Source of the DNA: Gekko japonicus
Lineage: Eukaryota
DNA: 64,000 bases
NCBI RefSeq assembly: GCF_001447785.1
Contig: NW_015172010.1
Location: 1,282,731 to 1,346,730, forward strand
Reading direction: 5' to 3'
Below the pieces are notes generated by a model. The model did no database searches. It was not told the origin of the DNA and worked only from the letters and a program-made list of their open reading frames with translations. Shown here piece after piece: positions 22,425-34,400 of this stretch. A program made the position numbers and the translations under genes. Numbering within the stretch: position 1 is the stretch's first letter; each line of letters starts with the position of its first letter.

Positions 22425-23293
22425 GATCTACAATAAATGAAAGAACTGCTCAAGAGTGTACTCATGCAGAGCTATAAGTGCATGGTGCCTTTTTTAAAAC
22501 AACAACCCTGAACACATATATTTTATGTAGAGAAAACAGTAAACAATTCTTTCTTTGTTGGTTCCCAGTTGTCTTTTTCACCCTGTGATAATGATGAAAC
22601 CTGGAAGCCAGTTATTGGGTTTCTGAGACACAATGAACTTCTTCTGTGTAGAAATGATTATAGAATCTGGTTAAAATTGTAAGGTTATTGGAAACGTGTC
22701 AATATGAGTTGTTATGTGGGTGTATGAAAATTGTTCAAAAATTTAGGTTTGCCCTAGTTTTTCTATGAGTATCTACCGGTCGATAATGTTATAATAGTTT
22801 TACTTTTGGATTGCTCTTTTTTTGTGTGAACTTAATAATTTTTTAAAATAACGTCACAAAATAAGACTCCGCAAATATTGGATACGTACTAACATAGTGT
22901 TGGAATCAAAGACTATTTTCTTCTGCTGTTGTAAAACACTTCCATATGTTGGTATTTCTGTAAATTTTGGTATTCTTCTGGTGATGATACTGGAGTAGGA
23001 ATTAACCAAGCCTTGGCATCTAGACTGTGTGGTGGTCACTTCACACTGTTTCATTTCACAAACTACAGAGCATCAAACAGATTCTTCCTGTTCTTGAAGC
23101 AAATGGCATAATGTCATTGGAAAATCCAGGTGATAATGGTGGGATGCTGTATGCTTTTAAAGGAAATAATCTGCATATTTTGGACAAGTGCAGAATGGAG
23201 CACTGGCAGTTTTCCAGACAGTGGCCCTTAAAAGTTGGCACTGATGACTTATAACACAAAAAAAACTGAACACCTGAGAAATGCAGGCAACCT

Positions 23294-23299
23294 TTTATT
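23294..23299 (-). terminator. Candidate MKRN2OS polyadenylation signal AATAAA
   Basis: tttatt on + strand, about 215 nt past the MKRN2OS stop. Confidence 0.55.
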
Positions 23300-23512
23300 T
23301 CATGTAAAGCTAGTCAGGGTTTAGAAAGATAGAAGTTTTTCTGAAATGTTACGATAGGTTTCAGGCTTGCAGTCTTATGTATACTTGGGAAGCCACACTG
23401 AACTTTGTGGAGCTTCTTTCAAAGTAAATGTGGATTTCCTGCAACTGCTGTAGTTTCAGTAGGATAGGAACAGAAAGCATTTTACTTTCACAGTCATCTG
23501 TATTTGATTTTT

Positions 23513-23753
23513 TTATAATAAACGATTCTCTGTGGAACTGTCATTCTCTTGCTCAAGACGGTCCACAACGTAGAAGCCATTCTTGCATATTTCCTTGTAG
23601 ACAGTGATGTACTTGGAAGCTTTCCTTGTCCGTGGAATGACAAATTTCTCTGTAAATTCACTTTTATTCATTTGCTGCTTCCCTTGTGCACTCAACACAC
23701 AGTTAATAAATGTTAGTGCGTACGTGTAACAGTTGTGAACATGCTCTTCATAC
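23513..23753 (-). CDS. MKRN2OS: MKRN2OS last coding exon
   Basis: YEEHVHNCYTYALTFINC...TENRLL*. Confidence 0.93.
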
Positions 23754-26700
23754 CTATGAAATGGGTAATCAGAACTGAACATAAGAAATTAAACATATGG
23801 TGCTGTCCTCGGGTTGCACTAGCTGGATAGGAACGGGATTACAATCAAACTCTATGTTGGCAAAACACAAAATTAGGATAGTGGCATGTGCCCTACCGCT
23901 CCAGAAAGCAACAGTTGGTGCTTTCCTCCAGCTTCAGTGGCTCTTCCTACAATGGAAGAGCCACTTAAATTCGAGGAAATCTCCTTAAGCTGCAGGAGTT
24001 TCTTTCAACCTAAGGCTGGATACATGCCAGTGTGCTTCAATATTTTGTTTGCTCTGTGAATCAAAACCTAATAAAATGCACGCATGGGGAAGATACGGTT
24101 GAGATGAGCTAACTGAAATGTAGCTGGTGAATCCAGTAAACAAGATTATGCTGAGATAACATTCCTTGTGACACTTGCAATACTGATTCATGAAGACTCG
24201 CCAGAAGGGCATGACATCTTTGCTCAATTTTTGTTTTACATTTCATTTTAAACAAACAGGAAGCAGCTATTCCATCTAAAATGTTGTTCAGCAGATTGCC
24301 AAGTAGTTACTTTGTTTACATTTCTGAAATATGGATCTAGGTTTGTTTAAAAGGACAAAGTGGATGTGATTACTTTTGCAGCTGACTCTCATGCTCCCAG
24401 GCTGTAAACTACTGGGTGGGCTTTGACTAAAACAAACCAGATGAGAGCAAGTCAGTTGCAAGTTTTATGGTCTTTTGTTTAGGATCCAGAACAAAATGAG
24501 GTGGGTTTTAAAAACAAAACACATGCTCATTGTAAGATTTATGGATTGTATTTACTTTTTGAACTGCAGTAAAGTAACAAATGTCCCAGAGTGCATGCTC
24601 CTAACCTGCATTACTTGTGCTGTACTCTTAGCAAAAAGTCAGCACTGTCATTCCAAACAGGGTCTTTGGCTGTAGCCTCTGCAGACCATAATGGCTTAGA
24701 TCCACCCGACTTTCTGCCTACAGAGCATGATTTCCTCACACATATACACCCTGCAGTAGCCCCATATGCCCCCTGAAATCCTGTTCCTGGAAGTCCCCTG
24801 TCCTTCTGTCTGCAGGAAATTTTTTGGTGGATCTGAGCCAATGTCTATCACTCTGTTGTTGTTCAGTCGCACAGTCGAGTCAGATTCTTCGCGACCCCAT
24901 GGACCAGATCACGCCAGGCCTTCCTGTCTTCTGCCATCCTCTATCGCTCTACTTCCAAAGAAACTGAACTACGCTTTCGTTAGCTCAATACTATTGGAGG
25001 GTATGCATACTATGGCTTATGTGAATATTTATGACTGCAGAGCTTGGGTTTGTCAATCATCAGCTCTTTACATTCATTATTCCGTACAGGTATTTATCAG
25101 TACCAATGTTAGGTTAAAGAAACAATCCCATTAAGGCTACAATGTGTGCTAGTGTCAATACCAGAGATAAAATTCCAGTCACTCTTGCTAGAATTAATTG
25201 AAAAGTTAAGTAAAAGAACATACTTGCTCCCCGCCCAAACTAATCTCATAGTTACTCATCACTGTACAGTGAGGAATGACATATTTCATAAGCAAACCGT
25301 TTTAAGAATCATTCTATCCCATACCGTGAAACATTACCAGAAGGTTATGCTCTTGAAAAGCATATGGAGGCATTAAAGTGGGAATGAACAATTTGTACTC
25401 ATAAGCTCTGGGACACGCCTGTGGAATCAAATGCTGGTGCAGCATATATTTTATAGAGGTTTTTTTTAATCCCTCACTGATGTGTTACATTGTATTCCAC
25501 AACTGATAAAAGACTAGAAACACAGGTGAACAAGGGCTGCAGTCACACACACTAAATAATCCACTTTCAATCTACTTCCAGTGCACTTTCCAACTGGATT
25601 TTGCCAGTTCACACAGTAAAATCCAGTTGGAAAGTCCACTGAAAATGGATTGAACGTGGATTATTTAGCATGTGTGGCTGCAGCCAAGGTTGTTTTTTTA
25701 ACCTGTAAACCTTCAGTGGGTAACAAGTTGCTCAGATCAAGGCTCTGGTAAGGACAAAGAAACACGGGGGGTGGGGACAGACTTTTTTTTTTGCTTTATG
25801 TTTTTATCAGAGAAGTCTGAAGTTGTACTGGATCTGTCCCAATTTGTGCTAAAAAGTGGAATGCAGTAATAATGCTGAATACTGTTAAATAGTACTTTGG
25901 GGGCTTTTAAACCCGCAACTGTACTGCCTGTTTTCACATATCAGGCAATCTTACATGCTATTTAACTACGTTTTCTTTTACAAGTGTTCTTAAACCACTG
26001 TCTCCATCAGAGCAGTAAGTTTCCTCTATCATATGGCAGTTCCCATCCCTTGTAAAAACTTTTATCTGATGACATACTCAGATGCCAAAACCAAAGCATT
26101 TATCACTGGTTACAAAGATGAGCCTTAATTGAAAATACAGTGAAGTCCCAGAAAGTGCAGCAGACAGATGCTCAACCAGGGACATACTGGGAAGTTAAAA
26201 TGGCCCAGGCACAAGCCAATCTGAGCTACAAACATTTATTTATTTATTAGATTTCTACCCTGCCCTCCCCGCCGTAGTAGGCTCAGGGCAGCTTACACAA
26301 ACACTACACAGCTAAAACAGAACTAAGTAAAATCATGACAATATAAATATAAAACATTACAAAGTGCTAGTGCTAAAAACTAGCACTACAGGGATAACGG
26401 TTACAGGCTAGCACCACCGTTTGTGCCACCTATTTCCTCCTCTCTCACCGCCATCACGTGGTGGCCATGCATAGGGAGGTAACTGGTGAGTTAACATCAG
26501 TCATCGTTGCCACTGAAGGGTTCATGCTAACTGGCCCTGGAAGCACTGACAGAACTACCGGTGCTTGGTTCTGTTTCTGTTGGCCACCAGCAGCCTTCCA
26601 GGGCAGCAGCCCACTGAGAACTTTCCCAGTAAGCTAAATGCCCGTTTTGCTTACCTGCAAAGCTACAGGAGGGCATGTACAATTTGTCTCTGAGTTATCA

Positions 26701-29700
26701 CTCTTCTCTAGTTTAGCTGCTAAGAGATGCAGGATCAAGCTAAAACAGGAGTCCAGCAGCACCTTAAAAACTAACATTTATTCCAGCATAAACTCCTGTG
26801 AGTTCTGATTTATGCTGCAATAAAAGTTCTTGGTTTTTAAGGTGCCACGGGTCTCTGGTTTAATTTTGCTGCACAACACTAACACTGCTACCCTTCTAGA
26901 ATTACCCTCAAGATTTAAAGTAGTAATGAAGTGGCTGGATCCAGCAACCATATTTTTCCACTTTGGAATTCTGAATACCAGTGACATATTATCATTACTA
27001 TGCAAACTGTATTCAGCCTTGACTTAAACTGGGAGTTGCAGTCTGCCTCTTACTGTATGTGCCTCCTTCTATTAACTGGAAGAAGGAAGCTAACTAAAAC
27101 ATAGACTTCCAAGTGGGATTGTTTAGAGGCTAACTGTTGCACAAAGAATCAAGTCCATCCATTAGCTATGAGGTAGGCAAAGGCCAAAACCAGTCATGTG
27201 TATTTCTCTGCCTCCTGAGAGCAGCTGCACTGTCAGTTGAGCTACATACCTGTATGGACGCCAGATCTCCGCTGCTGAGAATTGTTCTAGGTATGTATCC
27301 CATTGTTTGAGTAAAGCATACATGTCAGGCTGTACTAGGGGCACGTTTATACATTGTTCCCATCCATGTTCTCCTCTGTTGATCCCTGTTTCATTGTAAT
27401 TATATACCAAACCTAAAAACAAAAGCAGCAAGAGGTGAACCAGAACAGCAAAAAGGGAAAGTAACATGCTATGCTTTAGTATGAGACCCCATTAGCTGCT
27501 TCCATCTCATCATTTCCATTCCATACAGAGGCCAATATACAGGCCGATAGAAACTATCATTAGAAGTCTAAACAATAGTTCTAAAAAAACTGGCTATTTG
27601 AATCCACCACACGATCAGTGAGAGATCCAGTGTCTCGTAGTGGTTAGTGTTAGACTGAGTTTTGCAAGGCCTATATTCAAATCCCTGCATACCATGAAAC
27701 TGATTGGGTGACTTTGTCCAGTCTCTCTCCTCCTCCTTCTCTCTTGCCCCTACCTCACAGGTTTGTTCTGAGGCTCCTTGGAGATAAGGTAGGATAAAAA
27801 TACACTAAACATGGTCTCATGCAGTCCTGCAGTATATTTACAGAATTCATAGTGAGCCAAACATCCACTTGTATGATTTCAGTGTCTCAGGGAAGATACA
27901 TTATTGTACAAAGATTCATATTGATAAATGAAACCTGCATTTCTGGACTTTAGGCTGAACTTGTAAAGCACACCATGTGAGAAAACAGAGGATATATTTT
28001 TGGTTTTCAAAAATAACACTTTCAAATTTTAACCACTGGAAAGAGGAAGGGGTTTTTTTTGGAGGGGGGCATCCTTCAAGTAGCTGCAAACTTTCAAATT
28101 TTAACCACTGGAAAGAGGGGTTTTTTTGGAGGGGGGCATCCTTCAAGTAACTGCGATTTGCTTTTTGTGGAACTGATGCATCTTTACATAACAATGTTCT
28201 CCAGGCACCATCCTGATTTGCCATGCTAAACATATTTGCAAATAGATATTACAAAGGACACTATAAGCATTCAGTGAGCTCTCATCCAAAATGGAACTAC
28301 CCCCTGTAGTGCAGCTTTTTCACTGCTCAAGTGTGTCTGTATGGGGAGGGGGAGGTTCACTCTTCTTGTTGGAGTCATGAAGCGTAGCAATGGAGGAATA
28401 GGAAGACCAAGCGAACAGAGCCATAGTTTCCCATTCCTCCAATCCAACTGCCTCTGTCTGGTAGNNNNNNNNNNNNNAAAGCCATGTCCTGCAATACACA
28501 AAGTCTGAAGATCCTCCTTGCTATGCTGTATGCAGAACAGCAGCCTTCTCCCAGACCAGAAGGAATGCTTGATTGGGACTTCTCTCTTCTTCATCATCAC
28601 CTGCTGCCAGGAAAGTCTGGGCACCACTGCACTCTGACAGGTCAGGGAGAGGAAGTGTGTGTGTTCATGCACTTGCACACAGTGAAGGTAGAGGTCTGCT
28701 GTTGATCTCTTGTATGGGGCCCACAAAATCTCAACATCTGGTTCTGTTCCTTGTCTCTTCCACCCAACATCAGAGAGCACAATAGACCCAGATAAGTGGC
28801 AGAGAGAGCTGGTTTGGTGTAGAGTTTAAGAGCGCGGACTCTAATCTGGGAGAACTGGGTTTGATTCCCCACTCCTCTGCATGCAGCTGTTGTGACCTTG
28901 GGTCAGTCATAAATTCTTTCAGAGCTGTTCCCTCAAGGGCAGTTCTTTAGAGAGCTCTCTCAGCCCCACCTACCTCACAGGACGTCTATTATGGGGAGAA
29001 GGGAAAGAAATTGTAAGCAACTCTGAGACTCCTTCAGGTAGTGAAGGGTGCGGTATAAATCCAATCTCTTCTTTTTCAGATAACACATCCATTGCTGACC
29101 TTGCTTGACTGCGCATAAATCTGCATTCCCTGCTTTATAGTAAATCCACTACATAGCAATGTGAAGTTGAATGTTCAATACACACAAGAGGTGCAGAGAG
29201 AAAACAGCTGAGATGTTAATTACAAAAAACTCTTACCATTAGTACTGGTTATTCCAACATGAAGATCAGAATTTCCATCATACCCTCTGGAAAAAAAATT
29301 AATATTTTTCTTACTAGAAAACATTTTTGGGCTTTTTTTAAAAGCTGTACTTATGCTGTACAGACAGAAGTCCTGTTTTTTCCTGAAAGAGACATGTGAC
29401 GCAGACAAATCTAGTCATTGTTGAGTCCCATTTTGATCTATTGCAAAAGCATTTATTGAAATTAACCAAGGAGGCGATTTGGGGATAAGTGACTCTACAC
29501 AGCTTTTGCAACAAACCAGACAATGCAGTCCATTTGGTTTCAAGAGAAATTGTTTCCAGGTTCTGCTTATATTAGCAAAACAAGAAGATGTAGATTTATG
29601 TGAGTGGGCAACTCTTGAGTCCCTGACTGCATCAGGACAGGCACAGAATTATGTGGTAGAACATATGCTCTGCCTATCAAGGTCTCCAGTCCCTGGCAAT

Positions 29701-30107
29701 TCTAGCCTTGCTAAAGATTACACAGAACACACACCTGGCTCGACTGTAGAGATCAACTGCCAGTCTTGGACTACTAGCCTCTCTCAGGAGAAGGCAGCTT
29801 CATACATTCCTATTCTGACAACACAACAAGGTGATGATACACAATATCTAATTTAGTACTGTCAAAAAGAAAAGTGAGAATAACCATACCTTAGAAATGT
29901 TCCTGAAGTAGGCTTAAGTAAAAAAGAGCATTTTTCTCTGTGCCCATTAACAAAAGGGCTGGGAATACTGACAGGTGCATCTTCCAGTCTCCTGCAGCTC
30001 ACACTCTGTCTACACAGAGGACAGTACTTTGGCACGTAAGGGAAAAATATGTCTTTCTTACAGTGGCTGATTTTTATTAAGGCTGTCTCTGAATCCAGTA
30101 GCTGCAT
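23513..30107 (-). CDS. MKRN2OS: MKRN2 opposite strand protein, spliced CDS of 672 nt / 223 aa. Exons: 30107-29890, 29286-29237, 27412-27250, 23753-23513
   Basis: MQLLDSETALIKISHCKK...CPLC...LEDAPVSIPSPFVNGHREKCSFLLKPTSGTFLRGYDGNSDLHVGITSTNGLVYNY...QWDTYLEQFS...RYEEHVHNCYTYALTFINCVL...EFTEKFVIPRTRKASKYIT. GT-AG introns in frame; syntenic position. Confidence 0.96.
24854..24938 (-). mobile_element. RTE-BovB LINE 3' terminal fragment
   Basis: TCCATGGGGTCGCGAAGA...CGACTGAACAACAAC on minus; near-TSD TCTATC(A/G)CTCT. Confidence 0.85.
25535..25685. mobile_element. Palindromic MITE (Harbinger-like); related copy at about 62935-63215 split by CR1
   Basis: GGCTGCAGTCACACA...TGTGTGGCTGCAGCC foldback flanked by AAG on both sides. 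Confidence 0.75.
26740..26900. mobile_element. Penelope-like terminal fragment in inverted arrangement; related pieces at about 2745-2825 and 39985-40060
   Basis: GAGTCCAGCAGCACCTTAAAAACTAAC...TTTAAGGTGCCAC motif common in squamates; family call from recall only. Confidence 0.5.
27250..27412 (-). CDS. MKRN2OS: MKRN2OS coding exon 3 (163 nt)
   Basis: ttttag|LVYNYNETG...WEQCINVPLVQP...WRPYR|gtatgt. Confidence 0.93.
28465..28477. other. Assembly gap (13 N)
   Basis: Run of n. Confidence 0.99.
28803..29075 (+). mobile_element. Squam3-like tRNA-derived SINE. Related pieces at about 27622-27800, 31995-32050, 51320-51470 and 60900-61115 (-)
   Basis: TGGTGTAGAG..AAGAGCGCGGACTCTAATCTGG...GGGTTTGATTCCCC head, CCTACCTCACAGG core, GGTATAAATCCAATCTCTTCT tail. 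Confidence 0.75.
29237..29286 (-). CDS. MKRN2OS: MKRN2OS coding exon 2 (50 nt)
   Basis: ttccag|GYDGNSDLHVGITSTN|gtaaga. Confidence 0.93.
29890..30107 (-). CDS. MKRN2OS: MKRN2OS coding exon 1
   Basis: ATG at 30107; donor gtatgg; lies within ORF 29862..30119. Confidence 0.93.
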
Positions 30108-30249
30108 CACGTCAGCCACTGCCTTGTACCTGTCACACCTCAGTGACGAAAGCCAGTACTAGCTACTCAGCTGGCAAAGGGAAGGGATTTGTTGAGCATT
30201 ATCAAGTATGACAGCTTATATAGCCAATCATGCTTAGAATAGGAAACAG

Positions 30250-31450
30250 ACGAAAGCGGTGAGAAGACGGGGGTGTGTCTTTGTCTGCTTGTATCCCGCT
30301 CGTTTTAAGAACCCTGTGTTTTATTCGCTTTAGAATGACCTTAAAGTTTTCGGGCAGATTAAACTCCTTCAAACAAGTTTGACAAACATGTTTAGTAGTG
30401 TATACTGCAAAGATCAAGAGAGAGAACGTCAGAGTCTCAGACAGGTGGGAAAGATACCGAATCCTTAAGGTTTGGGGGGGGGGAGGTGGAGACGAGAAAT
30501 CCGTATTTTTTTACTATGGTGCGCTCAATGGTTACATGATCAAATGGTGCTGAAGCGGCCCGTCTTCTCTCCGTAGGGCAGCTTGGGGACGCTCTAACTC
30601 TTTCTCTATGATTCAGGCGGGAGCTCGCTCTGGTTTCCGTCGTCAACCTCCGCGCCCAGCTTGCCCTACCATAGACATTTTGCCAGTCTGTACGATCGAG
30701 GTCGTCGCTTAAAGGTTTCCGATGGGAAACCAGTTCCCGTAGAAAGGGGCCGGATTGCTTTGGCGGGGCTCCCAAGCGGCTCCTCCCCCAACCCTTTCCC
30801 CTTCCCCTCCACTACGTTTGGCGGAACCAAAATGCGAAGGTCTGCGTGGGGAGGGGACGCCGACGAAGCGAAGCCGGAGGAGACATGAGCAGCACTAAGG
30901 ACGTGACCTGCAGGTCAGAGCCCGACACCCGCCGTTTGGTCGGTGCCGGAGGAGCCTCCCCCCGCCGCCGCCCCATCCCACCGCACGCAATTCTTTCGGC
31001 CGGGCTCGCTCCGCCCCCCGAGGGGGGAGGGGTCCAGGGGCGCTCGCGCTCCCTCCGGCGGCCCCGTTCCCCCCCACCGCCCTTCCCCCAGCCCAAAGGG
31101 AGGCAGGGAAGGAGGACCTGCAGTGCTGATGGCTTCATCGCCCTGGCAACAGCCCTTCGGCAGCCCACGCGGGCCTCCTTCCCCGCGCCTCTTTTTTGAT
31201 GGGTTCCTTGGAGCCCCTGGCCAAAGCGTGGGGTGGGTTCTGGATGCGTCGCTCGCGGCGAATGAGGGCTGTGTGGTCCGGTGTTTCGACGGTATTTGGC
31301 GCGGCTCCTCTCCTCGCCATTGCCAATAATCTGCAGCGCTCTTGTCACCCTGCGTGATCGAAGGGGCACGTATGCGCCCTACACACTTTCCATTCAGTCC
31401 GCTGTGGAATAGGTTTTGTGCGGAAGGAAGGAAGATTTCCTTTTGCCGCC
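30250..31450. promoter_or_regulatory. CpG island, bidirectional MKRN2/MKRN2OS promoter
   Basis: Very high GC and CpG content. Contains MKRN2 exon 1. The two ATGs (30107 on -, 30885 on +) are 778 bp apart, head-to-head. Confidence 0.85.
30885..30913 (+). CDS. MKRN2: MKRN2 exon 1 coding part
   Basis: [10 protein letters not shown]|gtcaga. Confidence 0.9.
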
Positions 31451-34400
31451 TCTCGCTCCTGCTGGTTTAATTGTTATGACCGATGTGGGGGAATGTGCCC
31501 CCTGTGGCCAGTGAGAAGCTGAACATTAAAGGGGACCTGCTGACCAAGTGGCACGGCTCCTAGTACCAGTTGGGAAGAAATACTGAGAATCGAACGTGAT
31601 GGGATCAAAAAGAGTTTATTGAGGGGAAGGATTAGCACACTCGAAGCAGCCATGATAACTTGAGCACTCCGCAGCAGTGGACACTGGAATGTTGATAGTA
31701 ATATACAGGTATTCCAAATGGCAGTAAGGTTTGAATTCCAAAACAAAATATTCTTTTGTCTTCTAGCTTGGAATGTAGGAAAGGGACCAGGGGAACTACT
31801 AGGTATGCCTCCTGAGTGGCCAAAGGTGAAGAGAGAGTGCCGGAGTCCTGGGAACATTTCTGTAGAAGGAAAGAAAGGGAAGATTTGTTGTAGGCAGCCT
31901 TGGTTGACTCACAGAACTAGAATTAGGAGTGGGAAATTACTATCAGTCCAAAATAGATCATGCTGGACTATGAATTTCTTGATGAAAAATGCTAACTCCC
32001 TTGGGTAGTGAAGGGCGGGTATAAATCCAATCCCTTCTTCTCTTCTTCTAATATGTGCATAGGTCTTTGTTGGTAGGTTTGTTCATGCAGCAGGATCCTT
32101 TGTTCTGAATGTACCTTGATTAATAGCTTGAGAGGTTTGTATTATCAATGCAAAGCTAAATTAGGTGACATGAGAAGCTTCGCTTCTCTCTCTCTCTCTG
32201 CTATTGCCAATGAACAGGAGCTAAATTAGGTGACATGAGAAGCTTCGTTTCTTTCTCTCTGCTGTTGCCAATAAACATGAGATCAAGGTAGGGTGATGCA
32301 CCATCCCATAAACTCTCTGCTGGTTCTTAATGTCTGTCTTGGAGATAGCCCCAAACTTAATCTTTGGGCCTTTTGTGACTGGCAGAGAAGAGCTGATCTC
32401 AGTTGCCAAGATGGAAGGGAGAGAATAAATAGTGATGGCAGCAGCAATCTGCTAAGTGACTGAAGCCTGAATTAGTGAAGGTGCAGAATCGAACATACCA
32501 CAGACTGGTATGTGTGTACACAGTGTGTACAAGGAGCTGCCCTTGAAGAGGATATGGAAACTTCAGACAGCACAAAATGCTGCGTGTTGTTTATTGTCTG
32601 GAGTGTGGTGTAGTTCACATGTTTCATCCCTGCTAAAATCATTGCATTGGCTGCGTATCTGTTTCTGGGCCATACATGAAGCTTCCTTATATTGAATCAG
32701 ATCATTGGAGCCTCAAGGTCAGTATTACCTACTCAGACTGGCAGTGGCTCTCCAGCGTCTTCTGCAGAGGTCTTTCACATCACCTATTGCTTGGTTATTT
32801 CAACCAGAGATGCCAGGGCTTGAACCTGAGACTTTCTGCGTGACAAGCTGATGCTGTACTATTGAGCCACACACTCATTTCTTAAAAGCAGTTTTAAATG
32901 CTGGTTATGAGCTATAAAGCCTTCCGTGGACTAGGACCCATGTATTTTCAGGACTGTCTCTCCCACTATATCCCTGGGCAGCATCTTGACTCATCAGACT
33001 CAGGCCTACTTAGAGTGTAACCATGCAAGCAGAATAGGTTTGTTATCTGCCTGCACCAGAGGTTTTGTGGCGGAGTAGCCTTCCTGAGCAAGTCAGGAAG
33101 TCCTTCACATTATTCGCCTTTCAAAAACAGTATAAGACTGAATTACTTAGGTAGGCTTTCCAGCAGATAAATGTTTTAAATCTGAGTTCTACATAGGTGT
33201 GAGTTGCTTATTTTATGGTGTGTTTGGTGTGCTTTTTTAAATGCCCTGATGGCCCCAGGCTAGGCCAATCTTGTCAGATCTTGGAAGCTAAGTAGAGTCA
33301 GGTCTGGTTAGTATTTGGATGGGAGATCACCAAGGAAGTCCGGGGTCGCTATGCAGAGGGAGGCAAGGGCAAGTCACCTCTTTCCTTGAGAAATCTATGG
33401 GGTTGCGATAATTTGGCTGTGACTTGTCAGCACTTTCCATCCCCCTTTTTAAAAATTATTGCAACATACCTTAAGCTGTTTTGGGGTGAAAAGAGGGCTA
33501 AAATGTTATTAAATGAATAAGAAACCCAGATGGTAAGTTCACATTAAGCTAATCTGTTTTTGGTCAAACCAAAGGCCTCGCCATTTTTTAACGCCTTTAC
33601 AGCATTTTCTTAGAATACTTGGTACCAATTACATTTTAGAGCCCCTCTCCTAACGGATTTTCTGTACATTCTCTTTACGCCACCAGCAAAAGAAAAAGAA
33701 CTGACAATTAAATTGAGCCAGTTTCAGTTTTGTTTTGTTTTTTAATTCACAGTTTATTAATGTTTATAATGATACAAAATATTAATTTTTCAATAGTCTA
33801 TTACATTATTCATCCCCTTTATTAATAGAAAGTATTCTCCGGCTCATGTACTGACTCCTATTATATCTAAACACTAAACGAGGACTACTTTCTATTCTGT
33901 GTACTATCATCTTATGCTACCCGTTACAGTTTCAGTTTTCAAGTCCTATTTTCAGTGGGCTCATTTTTTATTTTAGAAACTAGGCTCTGAATGGAAGTCA
34001 CTAAAAACTGTTTGCTGATTCCATGTTCTGGTACTTGTAAACGCTAACAGTAGAAAACCTTGGCAGATTTATCTGCCATGTCTGAACAAGAGACAGATCA
34101 TAGTAAACTTTTGACAATATATGTTTTGTCCTGACTTTTTTCCTGTCTCTTTCTCCAGGTATTTTATGCAAGGGATATGCAGGGAAGGAAGTAGGTGCCT
34201 ATTTTCACATGACTTATCCACAAGCAAACCATCTACTATCTGCAAATTCTATCAGAAAGGACAATGTGCCTATGGTGCTCGCTGCAGGTATGAAGTGTTC
34301 ACAGTTTTAAAAAATGCAGACTTTCTATGTTGCCAGTGATAACTAAGAGGTGGAGGGTTGTAATAATGTTTTTGGAAGATCATGACTCCAACCTCCTTAT

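Noticed and set aside
30437-31369. Long overlapping ORFs (up to 185 aa) in the CpG island
   Set aside because: Low-complexity Pro/Arg/Gly translations expected from stop-poor GC-rich DNA. Only the 29-nt MKRN2 exon 1 is supported.
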